This document shows, piece by piece, positions 10,738 to 23,814 of a stretch of 64,000 bases of DNA. Each line of letters begins with the position of its first letter. The first letter of the stretch is position 1. The notes below the pieces were generated by a model. That model was not told the origin of the DNA, searched no databases, and worked only from the letters and a program-made list of their open reading frames with translations. The stretch is from Hydrolagus colliei (lineage: Eukaryota): assembly GCA_035084275.1 (NCBI GenBank), contig CM068745.1:54560001-54624000 (forward strand), read 5' to 3'. The translations under genes were made by a program, and so were the position numbers.

Positions 10738-12171
10738 CTTTTTCCTTTCTCCATGGATGCTGCCTGACCTGCTGAGTTTCCCCAGCAACTTTTGTTTTTG
10801 TTTCAGATTCCCAGCATCTGTAGTATCTTGTGTTTTGTCTTACTTCTAGCAGTTGTCTCAATGGTTTGAAATGCATGTCTAACAATGGCAGTCTTCCTCT
10901 GGTTCAAGGGGTGTGATTTCTAATTTAACACTACATTATGTTAACAATGGCACCTACAGTGCCGTACTATCCATAACATTACAGACAAAAGTGACAGAAC
11001 TCAAGACTGCTGTCAATCCAAATCTATTCTTTCTTAGCCTGTTGAAAGCAGTTGTTGGTGGTCTAATTTCTGTCAGTTTTTAAAAGCTGTCTAACACAGA
11101 TACATGCCAACATTCACTCAGCCTTCCTGTGTAATTAGCCGTATTATATAGCTGCTAATTACTTCATTTTTCATGTAAAACTCAGCTCATTTATTAGGCA
11201 CTCAGTTTGCATTGGCAGGGATAGGTCAACAACCATCCAAGGAGATTAGCAGGGATTCCTTTGTGTATTTTTCCCCGCTGAATTCAATTCCCTGTGAGAT
11301 CTCAGAAAGGAATGCCACTCAAATTTTGGCTGTGTATGTCATGCTATTCCAAAGACGCTTCATGGAATTATGATTTGTGACTGGAGGGAAGATTTAATCC
11401 CTTCTAGTTAGATGAAGCAGAGAATTGTGCAGATGATGTAACTGTCAGGAGAATGTCATTGATGTGAGAGTGAGAGCTGCTAAAACCTGAGAGCAGGGAC
11501 ATGATGGAAGCTGTATTCACTTAGAATGGGATCACTTTTCTCCACCAAATTGTTGCAGTAACTGCAGTAACCGTTTTTATGTGATCTAATAGAAAATGTA
11601 CTCTTTAATTGGTAACCAAAACACCCAGGGGCATAATTTAGTCAAATTATCTAATGGTCCAGTTACGATAATAAATGATAATAATACCACCATTCTGTCA
11701 ATCTGCCTTTTCCCAATCTAATAATTGAATTTCATGTCAAAATGAAGCTTGAGGCTATTTATGCTGAGGTGAAAAATTCTAAGTAAGTTATTATGATTGT
11801 AGTGCATGAAACAGCAGTTCTTATTCTGGAAGAGTGCAACGGAATAAAATTGATTAAACCAGACAGACATAACTTGCTGATCTCGCAATTTAGTCATTAG
11901 GCGATAGAATTTGTTTCATTTTATTCTTTAGTTGTAGTGATGTGCTTCTCCTCAAAGAGCCCGTGCGGTTTAATCAGCTTGAGGCTTTGCTATTGAACAC
12001 ACAACATGCTAGTTAAGCCCTGCAGCCAGCTACTGAAAGACAAGTTAAACTTCCTTCATTGGGCAGTTAGGGGAGCCTTCTCCCATTAAGGAGCCAAAGC
12101 TGAACTGGTTTTGAAATTCCAGTCACAATGCTGCAGTTGGAACAGAATCACACTGTTATGTTAGTTCATTG

Positions 12172-13002
12172 TAGGGTCCGTCGATATGGAAATTTTCTGA
12201 TTTAGATATATCGATGGGCTCATATGGAGATATACCGAAATATCGATATTTTGGGGGTTTTCGTACTGCGCATGCGTAGTGCATTCGGAGTGCGCGCGCA
12301 TTCGGGGTGCGCACGCGTTCCGGGTGCGCGCGCATTCGGGGCCTATCTCCTCAGGAGGTAAATATATTTCTCTCTGTGTCTCTGACTTTCTCCATCTCTG
12401 TGTTTTTGTCCCCCCCCCCCCCCGCCACCGTCCCTCTCTCCTCCCGCCGCCGTCCCTCTCTCGCACCCCCCACCCCAGTCGTCTCTCTCCCCCCACCATT
12501 CCCCCAGCCGTCTCTTTCCCCCTCCCCCCCCACCGTCTCTCTCTCCCTCCCACCCCCCCAGCCGTCTCTCTCCCCCCCACCAAGCCGTCTCTCTCCCAAC
12601 CCCCTAGCCGTCTCTCTCCCACCCCCCCCAGCCGTCTCTCTCCCCATCCCCCCAGCCGTCTCTCTCCCCCTCCCCCCAACCGTCTCTCTCCCCCTCCCCC
12701 CAGCCGATTCTCTCCCCCTCCCCCAGCTGTCTCTCTCCCCCTCACGCCCCCCCCCCGCCCCACCCCTTGCATACCTGTATATTGTATTCTAGGACTATGA
12801 ATACAATATGGCGGCTTTGCACCTCGGTCTGTGCATTGTGTATAGAGATGAGCATTCTGGGTCTTGTAGTTCAGTGTGAGCGCATTCTGATATTTTACCT
12901 CGATATATCGACTTTTCGATATATCGATATTTTTCAAATGCCTATATCGGCGTATCGATATGAAAATTATATCGGGTTTTAGTGATATATTGCCGGACCC
13001 TA
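12172..13002 (+). mobile_element. non-autonomous hAT, copy 2 (TIR subtype B), 831 bp
   Basis: TAGGGTCCGTCGATAT ... ATATTGCCGGACCCTA; perfect TSD GTTCATTG (12164-12171 and 13003-13010); shorter minisatellite. Confidence 0.95.
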
Positions 13003-13411
13003 GTTCATTGTAGTGAATAGTACTGTATTTTGATCATTGGCTTTGGTTTCCAAGCTCTTTTGTATTGGTATGACTATATGTTCTTTACAGATCCTTCCAA
13101 ATTATGCAGTATGACTTTCCATGCCATATACTCCATCATAATAATATTTAGTTTTTCCAATGAAAAATGTGTATTTCTCCTTGGAGCCATCACTGCATCA
13201 GTGTGGGATACTCCATCCCTCCAAAACTGTTACACAATTGCTCTGGTTCCTTTTCAGTCTGTGAACACCTGAAAGAATCCATGGTCTTCTCTACTTCCGT
13301 GTTCTTCCTCCAATATTCTTTTCATCCCTGAAAATGCTGATTCATGCTGGGGTGTTGTTCTGTAAGGGGCAACATCTTTCAGTACTTTTCCTATAAATTA
13401 GGTGTTTATGT

Positions 13412-13810
13412 GATAGCCTAATTCAGTTGGTAACACCTTCATCTCTTAGTCAGAAGGTTGTGGGTTCAGGTTCTACATTGAGACTATTGAACTCACTGTG
13501 CAGGCTGATACTCGATTGCATAGCTAAAGGTATGTCACATTGTCGCCGTTGATGTCCCTCAGGTGAAATGTTATGCCAACGTCTCGCCTGGCTGTCTCAC
13601 CAGGGTGGATGTTAAAGATCCTATGGCACTATTTGAAAAGAGAAGAGGGTTTCTTCTGGTATTCTGCCCAAGAACCTCTGGTTAAAATGCTCATTCACTT
13701 CAAAACTGTTTGTTGGACATTGCTGTGTGCAAATTGACTACCTTGTTCAACTACCAAATACAGTCAGAGTCATAAAGGTGCAGGATCAAATCTAAAGTTT
13801 ATTATTATTA
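13412..13810 (+). mobile_element. older tRNA-derived DeuSINE-like element (family B)
   Basis: gtcagaaggttgtgggttc head, ggatgttaaagatcctatggcactatttgaa, ctgtttgttggacattgctgtgtgcaaatt. Confidence 0.7.
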
Positions 13811-13814
13811 TTTC

Positions 13815-14365
13815 CCTGAGCACGCTTAATGTCAGAGCCTGGAAAGTGAGTGTTGGTACACGATTCAAATGCAGGAAAGATCAACATTGAACCCCAATTG
13901 TCTCCTCACCATTACGCTTTCCAGAAATTATAACTGAATGTGGAAGAGAACTTTGATTGAGTTTTCCCTTCCTTGCCATCGACGTCACTTGTAACATCCG
14001 CCCATTCCCCCCAAAATCTACAGTATCATTTCACAGTGAATCCCATGAAGCATCCTAATAATAATGTAATATAGTGCTGATCACATCTTCTAGATGTCTC
14101 AAAACACTTCACGGAATACAGTATTGTATACTGTAAAGTGAATTGACTGTATGTATGTGGGCGAAATGCGGCAGCGCACAGCAGTGTCCCACAAACAGTC
14201 GTGGTTTGAAAATGATGTATTTCTGAAAGTTGCTACATCAAATACAAGGATTATTTATTATTATCATGTATTAGTATGATAATTAACTGCGATCTGAGCT
14301 GAGATCAGCCAACTCAGCACAAATAAAACCTGCATCTGTGTGATTCGGTTCCATTAGCTCCTTCA
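13815..14365 (-). mobile_element. SINE family C remnant, split by a family A SINE
   Basis: gagcctggaaagtgagtgttgg ... gctgagatcagccaactcagcaca matches copies at 25165, 46235 and 57390. Confidence 0.55.
14056..14222 (-). mobile_element. SINE family A, 3' half
   Basis: cttctagatgtctcaaa...gcgcacagcagtgtcccacaaacagtcgtgg. Confidence 0.75.
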
Positions 14366-14876
14366 ATTCTATTCTGTAACATTTCTCATGGAACAACGGA
14401 GTCACATTGACAGATTGCTGCAAACACTGCAAGTGCTTAGAATAAAATCTTTGTCACGTTCTGTTCGCACCCAAAAAATAATAATAATTTAGCACTAATC
14501 CATTTTACAAGTTACATGCAATTGGAAATTGACACGTTTTAATCTCTGACAGCAACCTTTCGCTGCTTGAAGGGTCAATGCGAATTATGGTTTTTCGGTA
14601 GCCTAACTGTGTGTGAAATCATTGGTCTATCCAATAATATTGCTGTGTTTCAAGTTCTGTAATAGATTTAAGTTACATACTAGTAGCTCCAGATGGTGAG
14701 GTCCATGCTGTAGACGTAACAAAATCACAAATATTTCATGATCTCATTGAGCTAATTGAGAAGGCAGCTTTTCAAACACAGTATATTTCACCCCAAACAT
14801 AGTTAACTCGAAGGTTTGTAACTGAATTAGAAACCTGGTCTAAAATTCTTGATAACTTTAATCAGTAACCACAGTT

Positions 14877-14908
14877 ATATATACACTATATATATATATA
14901 TCTATATC

Positions 14909-14939
<31 letters not shown>
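14877..14939. repeat. (TA)n microsatellite, interrupted
   Basis: direct reading. Confidence 0.9.
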
Positions 14940-15109
14940 TAAAATTATCTGAGCCTCATGCTATTTTAAAATCACAAGATTACCAGATACAGCAATAGGA
15001 GAGAGGTTGAGATATATAGATCAAGAAAGCTGGTTAATTGCTCTTATGTTTGGATTTTGAATGTCTACAGTTTGTAAATAAGAGGAAGATCTAAAGGAAT
15101 TACAGAGTT

Positions 15110-15330
15110 CCACAATCTTGAGGTGTTTGAAAGCAAGGACTCCCTCCCTCAACTGCTTCACCTCACCCCCACATTTCCCATCTTCAGGTTGCACCTGTAG
15201 ACCTTTCCTTCCGACCTCGCTTACGGTCACCTTCCCCTTCCCCCTGGATCCGCCTCGGGCTCCACCATTGTGAAGCGTCCTGAGGCGCTACCAGGCATGG
15301 AGAGTGCTATGTAAATGTAAGTTATTGTTA
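15110..15330 (+). mobile_element. L2 LINE 3' tail fragment
   Basis: cccatcttcaggttgcacctg...ccgacctcgcttacggtcacc...gtgaagcgtcctgagg; the reverse complement matches 33455-33620. Confidence 0.7.
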
Positions 15331-15588
15331 TAAATTTTTAATTGTTCAACTTTGCTTACTTTCCAAGATATGAGATATTTAGAGTACTATGAAGACTGGA
15401 AACTTGTACTGTATTATTTAATGTCACTGGCACATGTGGTTTGGAAATGGAGATACAGAAATTAGACAATTTTTAAGCTTTTCAAAAATGAACTGATATA
15501 GTGTTCATAACCTTGTGCACTTGAAATGTTGCTAGTTAGGCAGTAAACTGGCTGTTAAAATCTGAAGATCATTTTTACAGCAAATGCA

Positions 15589-15813
15589 GAGTGTTGACAT
15601 TCACAGGGACTATGTATAATATAATTATCATGAATTAGTAGTAAATTATTATACACTGTCAAAATTTCCCCAGCTTCTGTTTTTTCCTAATAATTTCTTA
15701 ATTGTATCTATGGAAGATGAAACAGAAGCCGAGGAGATTTTGACAGTGTATAATAATTTACTACTAATCCGTGATAATTATATTTTATGTAACCCATGTG
15801 AATGCTGACACTC
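15589..15813. repeat. long imperfect inverted repeat (foldback element), arms about 95 bp
   Basis: left ...ataattatcatgaattagtagtaaattattatacactgtcaaaatttccccagcttctgttt; right aaacagaagccgaggagattttgacagtgtataataatttactactaatccgtgataattat... Confidence 0.9.
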
Positions 15814-17599
15814 AGACTGTATAGAGTAACGTTTTTAATTGCGTTAAATACTTTATGGATCATTTGTCATTCGTTTTGTTAATTATGCTTGCTACCTTCT
15901 CCTGAATTGTATTGCCCTGTCCTACATATTGTAAAATGTAATTATGTCCTGATGTTTTGGGGGCATTCCTTATAACTGAGACATACTTGTGATCCTCTGT
16001 GGTTGTCCTGACTGGTCAAAGGTCCAATAATCATTAATAATTCATAACATAGAGAATAATGGATACCCAGGAGGGATTGCAAGGCTGCAGCCTCACAAAG
16101 GGATTCAGACATCTCAAATTTCTTAAGTTTTACATGCCTGCTTTAAATCAATTATTGGAACCCGAATAAAACTTCTGCGATGTATTTACACTGTTGTATC
16201 CAAATAAAGATTTTTTTTATCATTGCATGAGAAAACCCATTCAGTTTGATATATACATGTGAATTAGTTCAATTTTACACTCAAGTAAAAATTCCTATTT
16301 GGCTTGAAGATTTAAGCAGCATAACTATCATTGCTTCTCTGGAGAAACATTACATCTCCATTCTGAAATGAAAGCTCTGAGTTCTACCTTATTACTGCAA
16401 TAAAACCTTTGTTAGCCTTTACAGGAAGCATAAAAGGAGACAAAATACACTGAATCATAAATACTAAAGACTTCCATTGATGCATTCGGCACAAATATGC
16501 TGCTTGACATTTATATGCCATAAGTCAAACAAACTAGTTCTGTTGAGCTCAAAAAGGTAGTTTTACTGTCTAGGCAAGAAACAAATACTTACAATCGATA
16601 ATAGTCATCTCTTGCAAATACAGTCATTTATGCTGTATCCATGGGGTGAAATTTGTGACATTTCATAAAACATTTGACGTGGTAATCATGTCTCTGTACA
16701 CTGAGATAGAAGGTTAGTTCAGACACATTTCCTTGGAGGAATTTGATTTCCATATTTGTTTGCTGCGACCTTCCATTTTGAGTTCTGAAATTCCTTCTTT
16801 TGTTAATGACTCGATTAAATCCAGTTGTTTTATGAAATAAAGGAAAGTGGACAATAGTCTTTTTATTTGTTGCCAGTTTTTCATGACCAGTTTGTGACAT
16901 CCAAAGATGTGACGATTTTCACAAATCCTGGAAATTCATGTAGCCATGAAATAAATCTTTTGGCGATTCTCTACCACATACATTGAATGAGTTCTGACAG
17001 CTGCCAATAAGTTGGAAAGACTCTTAATAATTGGATATCTTTAAATTAACAATTAAATAATCTTTCATTTGTGCATTAACTTTCAAATGCATTCCCAGGA
17101 AATCTGTCGCTAAATTAACAACTACATTGTCTTTGTGGAACAATGTATGAATGTGTGAGAGAGAAGAAATAAAAACTCAGAGCCAAATGATTTCTAACAT
17201 GGCATGAACATATTGACCTGTGATGTGCTATTTAATACTAATGAATTACCATTAATGTTAGTCATCGCATTTTTTAGCAATGAATCCAACATGGGTCAGC
17301 CTATAGCTAAAGACCATTGATGTGTGAGCACCCCTTCTACACCCCCACCCTCCCCCTCACTGAGTTGAGGGGTGGATTGCGCATTGATCCTTCCCACAGA
17401 TACCTTTAAGTATCTATTGACTGGGCATATTTTGAATATTATCACCAGTGGTAATTATTACACCTCATTTCACAATGATCACTCCATATCTATTTCTTAC
17501 TTTTGACCAAGTTTTATTGATGGTACATGTTTATGCTTAAATGAGTGAGAACATTAATGCAAGAAGTCTATTATGCCAACTTGGTGCATAAAGAATAGT

Positions 17600-17850
17600 G
17601 TGGTAGGAGATAAGTGCAGATATGGAAGTGTTAGGATTTACACGCGAGGAGAGGTCCTTGAAATAAATCCATTGGCAGCGAATAGATTTGGCAAGGCTAG
17701 GGTGAGAGGCCCATGAAGGATGGCATGGGTGAAGGTGCAGGTAAGCAGAGTTTTGAATGAGCTGGAGCCTCTAGATTCTGGAACCGGGGAGAATAGTGAG
17801 GACTGTGTTAAAAATCGAGTAGGGAGGTAACAAAGGAGTGAATGAAGGTT
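17600..17850 (-). mobile_element. degenerate L2 fragment
   Basis: gctagggtgagaggcccatgaagg...agagttttgaa resembles the L2 C-terminal region in reverse. Confidence 0.45.
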
Positions 17851-20800
17851 TTGCCAGTGTTTTGTGTGAGACACTCCTTCCATCTATTCTAATATATATA
17901 TAAATACATCAACCAGAGGTATTATTCAAAATACTTGAAAGCTTTCACCCTGACACCTAAATAGAGAAGAGAACTGTTCATTTGACTCTGTAATTGGAAG
18001 CCTGGGATCCTGTTGTGAAAAACTCAGCAGAAAGCTGAGTGTGTAATTGACATGTTTCCAGTTGCAACTGAACTCAGCTTGGTTGCATTGTTAGAAAAAA
18101 TTCCTGAATAATAATGCCTCTAAGTTTAACGGCCTGCAGACATGCTGCATGCTCAGATTGTTCTTTCTCTCAACTGTGATTAGAGAAAGATAGATAAATA
18201 AATCATTTTAGCCTTATATTTGCCGAGAAGGAGATGTGAAAATTTGATCAGGTCAAATATGAAAGTGCAAGTATTAATTATTATTTTGTGTTGCTCATCA
18301 CAGGTTTTTCATTGATAGGTTGCATCTGAAAATATGCAACCTATAGAATCTGAAAAGGTAAAAGCACACTTATCAAATAGCTCTAGGTATCCATTTTCAT
18401 AGAGTTGCGTGCTTACCTCTGTATCATGGAATCAAATATGACAGCAGCCACACTGAAACATCCATGCTTTTGCATTACAAAGACTTTGCTCAAGAGCACC
18501 AAAAAGTACCTCAGAGAAAGTGCCAAATATAACACGATGATCTAAGGCGTTTATTGACAGTCCTATAGTGATACCGGTTAGAGCTTCAAATCTCTTAAAA
18601 CATGCTTTATCTGAACATAAAATTACTCTATATAAATATATACATGTATAGTATATTAATATATAGCTATATGTTTTAATGTATCCATTTAGCACTTTCA
18701 CCTGAAAAATCATGCATAACTTCAAAGGCAGAGGGCAAAATGTGAATTGTCACTCAGAATTATTATATGGAGTCCTGGTGCATAGCCTGGGAATTTTCAA
18801 TGAACACACCACGAAGGCAGTGAATCATTGATAGAATTAATTAAGAGGTGGTGTATTTGTGAAGCAAATTGGAATACAAATCCATGATTTTGTATCTTGA
18901 AAGCGGACCGGTTAGCATAACATTTTCATTGGAGTTTAGAGGAATTAGAGCAATTGGCAAGGGAGTTAATAGTGAAGATAAATTGTGAAACAAGACACCT
19001 TTATGCTTTTAAGGAATTCTATAGGTTACTTATGAAGCAGAAAACAGAGTTTCTCAAAGGTGTAGTATAGTGTTATTACTTTTCAAAGCCATCTGGGAAT
19101 TTTAAAATATCAAATCTCCACCATGCATACAACAGATTGACTCATTAAAGTTATCTTCTTCCCTCACAATTTGCAATTTGGGTCCGTCTTTGACTGATAG
19201 AAAGGATTGTAAGTTTGTGAAAGAGGTGCCTTCAATCTTGGCTGGTAACATTTAGTTAATTTTGTGTTTGTATACATCTGCAACATTCAGAACACAGAAA
19301 AGGCATATCAGGCTAAATTTGCCCGAAGATTGTTTGAACAAGGTGAAGTGGTGGAGACTTATATCAAAAGTTTCAGATGCATTGAAACTGATCTGAGTGA
19401 AACATGTTACCTAACCAGCAAAAAAAACTACTCTCAATCTGTATTCACCTCAGTAGCCTTAACTTTTGCATTAGTCCTTGTATCCTTTTGCAGTCCTTTT
19501 GCATCCCTTGCAAATGAGGGATGGTCTTGTCCCTGGAGTTTCCAAAACCCCCAAAAAGCTGTTTTTCACCAATGCCTCTGAAAGTAATTTCAGCACCCTC
19601 ACAGGAGTAATACCAGGAAACAAAAGTTCACGTCTTTATGTTGGTATGTGTGAAGCTGGCAATAGTGCAAGCACTGGGATTATTCATTGATTTGTGCCAA
19701 CTACCTCCAAGCATTTGGGAATGCTTTTGTAATTATGTTGTGCCTGTGTAGGATCACAGGAAGAGAACAATCTATAGCAATAAAAACTTGAACTCTTAAG
19801 GATAGCCAAAGGAAAGAAGTATCACACAATAAGAATGTCAATAATTGGCAATAAATTGTGGGAGATACAAATATGGCGTGACATATGCCCAGTATATGAA
19901 AGCTCGTGAAAATCAGGCCTCAGATCTTCACAATGTTCCCAATAAATGGTAGAGGTTTCACAATAGAACATAATTTAGATAGTGCCTTTCTTATCAAGAG
20001 AATGTTTTAAGGGCCCGAGGAAAACTGTGGGCTCTAAGTTGCTTTATTTTCTAACCAGGTTCCTGAAAAGGGGCTCTTGAGTCACAAATAAGAACTTATT
20101 TTGTTTAACGGTTAGTGCTTTTGAGCAGAATTTTATAATGTCGATCTGGTGTACTTTTGAGTACCCGAAAAAGTTCTCCTGTGAGATTATGTGAGGTGAA
20201 AAATCACCACATTTTCTACTCTGTGTTATCTTTCTCTTTTTTTTTTAATGGTAGCCAAAAGCATTTTTAGAGTCTTGTATACTAACATTTCAATGGGAAT
20301 AACCTTTATACTAATTCAATATAAAAAAAATGAATAGAGGGATGATTGAATGTCTATTTTGTGATTTTTCAATATGTCCTGAAGTTGTACACTCAGCTCA
20401 TGGATACTTCCGTGATTTACAGCCTGATTTGGAAACCCCTCTATTACGAAGGTGAATGAGCACCTGTTACCTGGTGCGGTTTTTGGCTGTCTGAATGCCA
20501 TAAATTACTGGTTTGAATGCTGGCATCATATTGTCGACTTATTAAAGTTGGGCTTGTGTTTTTGTCACTATTATGTTTTTTTTAAGTCAGCCAGGTGTCA
20601 GTCACATATGTGGAAATCCATCACCATGTTATTATGTTGATAATAGGTATTCAAAACAGACCCAGAGCTCCACATAAGATCATTCTGTATTTTTATGATG
20701 AAGGGGTTTCCCCTTCCATGCACCTTTGGTCTTTTCATCTGTAGTTTAAATGTTTGTCTCTATAGAGCAGGCATCTGCCTATTTCAAATGCTCCATTTTC

Positions 20801-21025
20801 TGAGACATTTTCACGCAGAAACTACCAATGAAAATGGGACCAGGTTAAAAAAAAACTTGATGTAAATATCTTCTGAAAAATAACAATAATTGAACCTGGT
20901 ACCGGTAAGAATGTTTTTCACACACAAAAAGTTTGAAATGCTATATATATGTTATTCTATGAAATAACAAGCGTAAACCTGCAATTGGTAAAACATGCAG
21001 GCCTCTTAAGTCATCATGAGAAATA

Positions 21026-22012
21026 CAGGTATCCCGTCCCAACTGTGGCCTCGTCAACCATGAAACTCATGTATCCACGGTTTGCTAAATGTGACAACCC
21101 TTGCTCACCACAGCTTAACATTTTCCATGGGTTTTAATACTAACGCTAGCGTTTAGTGCTAGGACCCAGTTGCATCAACCGGCTTCGTGCCAGCGTCTGG
21201 CGCTAGGACCCAGTTGCGATGTCGCAATCGATCAGCGAGATGTTGCTTCTCTTTTAGGATTAAGGTAAATCTCTGTTGATTTCTCTCTCTCTCTCTCTCT
21301 CTTTCTGTGTCTGTGTCTCTCTGTGTCTGCAGATCCTGGCAGCCAATGCTCCCAAACTTACCTCCCCCTATCAGCATGTTACCCACTACACCAGCTTCTG
21401 CATCTCCCCGCCCACCCACACCCCCCACCCACCCTCCGTGTCACCCACCACACCACCTACTGCACACCACCCCCACCCTCCATGTCACCCCCCCACCCTC
21501 CATGACACCCACACCCCCACCCTCCGTGTCACCCCCCCCCATCGTCTGTGTCACCCAGCCCCCCCCACCCTCCGTATCACCCACCACACCATCTACTGCA
21601 CACACGCCCCACCACCCTCTATGTCACCACCCCCACCCTCCTTATCAGCCCTCTACACTACGTGTCACCCACCCCACACTCTCCATGTCACCCCTCCCCA
21701 CCCTCCATGTTACCTAACCCACCCACCCTCTGCGTCACCCACCATGATTTCTCTCTCTCTCTTTCTCTGTGTAGATTAGTCAGTCAGACAGCCTCGCGGA
21801 TTGCTGCAGATCCTGGCAGCCCATGCGCACAAACCTACTCCCCCTATCCCCATGTATGTTATAGCTGTACGTGTTTTTTTGTGTTTAGTTCCACGAAATG
21901 CAAACTCCCCTATCCCCATGTTTCCCATAGGGCCCTGCATTTTCCAACCGCGATTTTACCAACCACCGAGGTTTAGAGGAACGTATCCCCCGCGGTTGGG
22001 GAGGGATACCTG
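21026..22012. mobile_element. Tc1/mariner (Tigger/pogo-like) non-autonomous element with internal C-rich minisatellite, 987 bp
   Basis: TA-CAGGTATCCCGTCCCAACTGTGG ... CCGCGGTTGGGGAGGGATACCTG-TA: about 23-bp TIR, TA TSD; internal ccaccctccatgtcacc-type array at about 21400-21745. Confidence 0.9.
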
Positions 22013-22714
22013 TATAGGAATAAAGCTCATGTGGGTCTTTTGCAATATCATGTTAATTTAAAAGTCAGTCACTTTCTCACTCACGCACACCATGTGTTGA
22101 AGGTGTATGAAGTATTGATTTCTCGTCTTTTATAACAATTACGTTGGCACAACAGGAAACATTTGAAAAATCATCATCTCCATGGAAACAATTCCAATTG
22201 GCACTATCCTTCAAACATCATTGGGGTTAATGTGCAGGAACACATTAGCTATTGCAGACATTCAGAATTCTGCTTAGTGCTTCCATTTTGTAAACAGGGA
22301 TCATGCCATCAAATATTGCTGAGTTACCATTATCCATACTCATTAAAATGAACTAAATACATAAATACTAGACTTTTTCTAATGTACTAGAATGCTACCC
22401 ATGCTATTCAGTTTTATTGCAGAGTAGTCACCATTCAGAAGTTAAATTAATAATGCTGAGGTCTTCAGATTACATTAAAGAATCACGATTACATTGAAAA
22501 TTAACATACATTATTGTTGTAAAATGATTAACCATTATTTTGTTGCAGTGAGATAGCGCACATCAGATGCAAAAGAGCCATGGATTAAAAACAGTCTGAT
22601 TACCACAAATTGTTTTGGCTGATGTTGGATCACTTTATTATTGTATTCTTCTGACTGTGGAAATGGTAGTTTACAAAAAAACTTTTTGGATTAAACAGAT
22701 GCATCCATCTCATC

Positions 22715-23105
22715 TTCATAAGATTGAAAGAATGGGATAAAAAAGACAATTTGGCCACTTGAACCCACTCTGCCATATTTTTATTACAGCATTAAGACTT
22801 TTTTTTAAAGAAGTCCAGCATCCTAATCTCCCCACGCATTTTTTTAACCAGCTCCATCTTTTTAAGATGCTGCTGTAAGTGAGGATATCTATCTGTTGTT
22901 TGTCTTAAAATTGCCCTTTATACCTGAATCAAGGTTTTCTTGACCAGTTGCCATGACCTTGCTGAAAATATTTTAGGTTTAGTGGCTATTTAATATAGTT
23001 CCTTATATACCTCTATCAGGTCCTCTAATGTCTGTTTAAACCTCTTTCTCCAGCTCATTCCTCAAACTCGGATCATTATCGTTGCTCTGCTTTGTATTCC
23101 TGTAG
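22715..23105 (-). mobile_element. degenerate CR1 3' end
   Basis: cataagattgaaagaat...ttggccacttgaacccactctgcca...ttatatacctctatcaggtc. Confidence 0.45.
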
Positions 23106-23814
23106 ATTAGAAATCACAGAGAAGCCAAACGTATGGTCACATTGACAGAATTTCAGCCACATTCAGTAATTTAAGTAGAAATCATTTGCATTCACTCTTG
23201 CATTCACTGTTGTATTGCACAATACAGACTAACGTACTTCACATTGTAGGTTGCATGTAAACTTACTTAACAAACATTTACCACTATTCAGTGCAAAACT
23301 ATGCAAACATCTGTTTATTTTTTTTCGCAATACATGCAAGACCCACCCTTGCTTTCCATCCACAACATAGTTAGGTGCTGCTTGCTCTTTGCATGACGTG
23401 CACTGTTGGAGCTGCTTGTTATTGACTGGGCCTTGCTTTCTTCTGCTGGTCTGGAGTTGATATTACAATTGGTTGAGCTGGCAATGATTGACAGCTCTCC
23501 TTTCAACACAACATTAGTGGTGTTTCCATGGTACTGAAATCTGGTGTTGCGCACCATTTTAGCAGATAATCAATAAGCAGTACCCAAAGAAGTAAAGCTA
23601 ACACAATGATCAAAAAAACTTGCTTTTCATCTTACCATTTTAACACCAATTGCACAAAATTGTCAATGTACACATGCATACACTGAGCAAATTTGAATAT
23701 TGAGATCACTTCAATGGTGACTATCACTTACTTTTATGCACTAATCGAAATGCAATTTTGCCACATCTAGATTCTCACTTCATCACATCTGGCTGGTGGC
23801 TAATGAATTGGACA

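Larger units (their letters stand above)
9772..10835 (+). mobile_element. Penelope-like retroelement (Neptune-type), 5'-truncated with a short 5' inversion
   Basis: GIY-YIG endonuclease coding remnant, Cys-rich linker, 3' pseudo-LTR-like region with hammerhead boxes. Confidence 0.9.

Noticed and set aside
18315-18344. 11-bp hairpin ataggttgcat/atgcaacctat, and a similar 10-bp one at 49474-49496
   Set aside because: Arm length is close to chance expectation in 64 kb of AT-rich DNA
21276-21976. His/Pro/Thr-rich ORFs
   Set aside because: Translation of the C-rich minisatellite within the Tigger-like MITE
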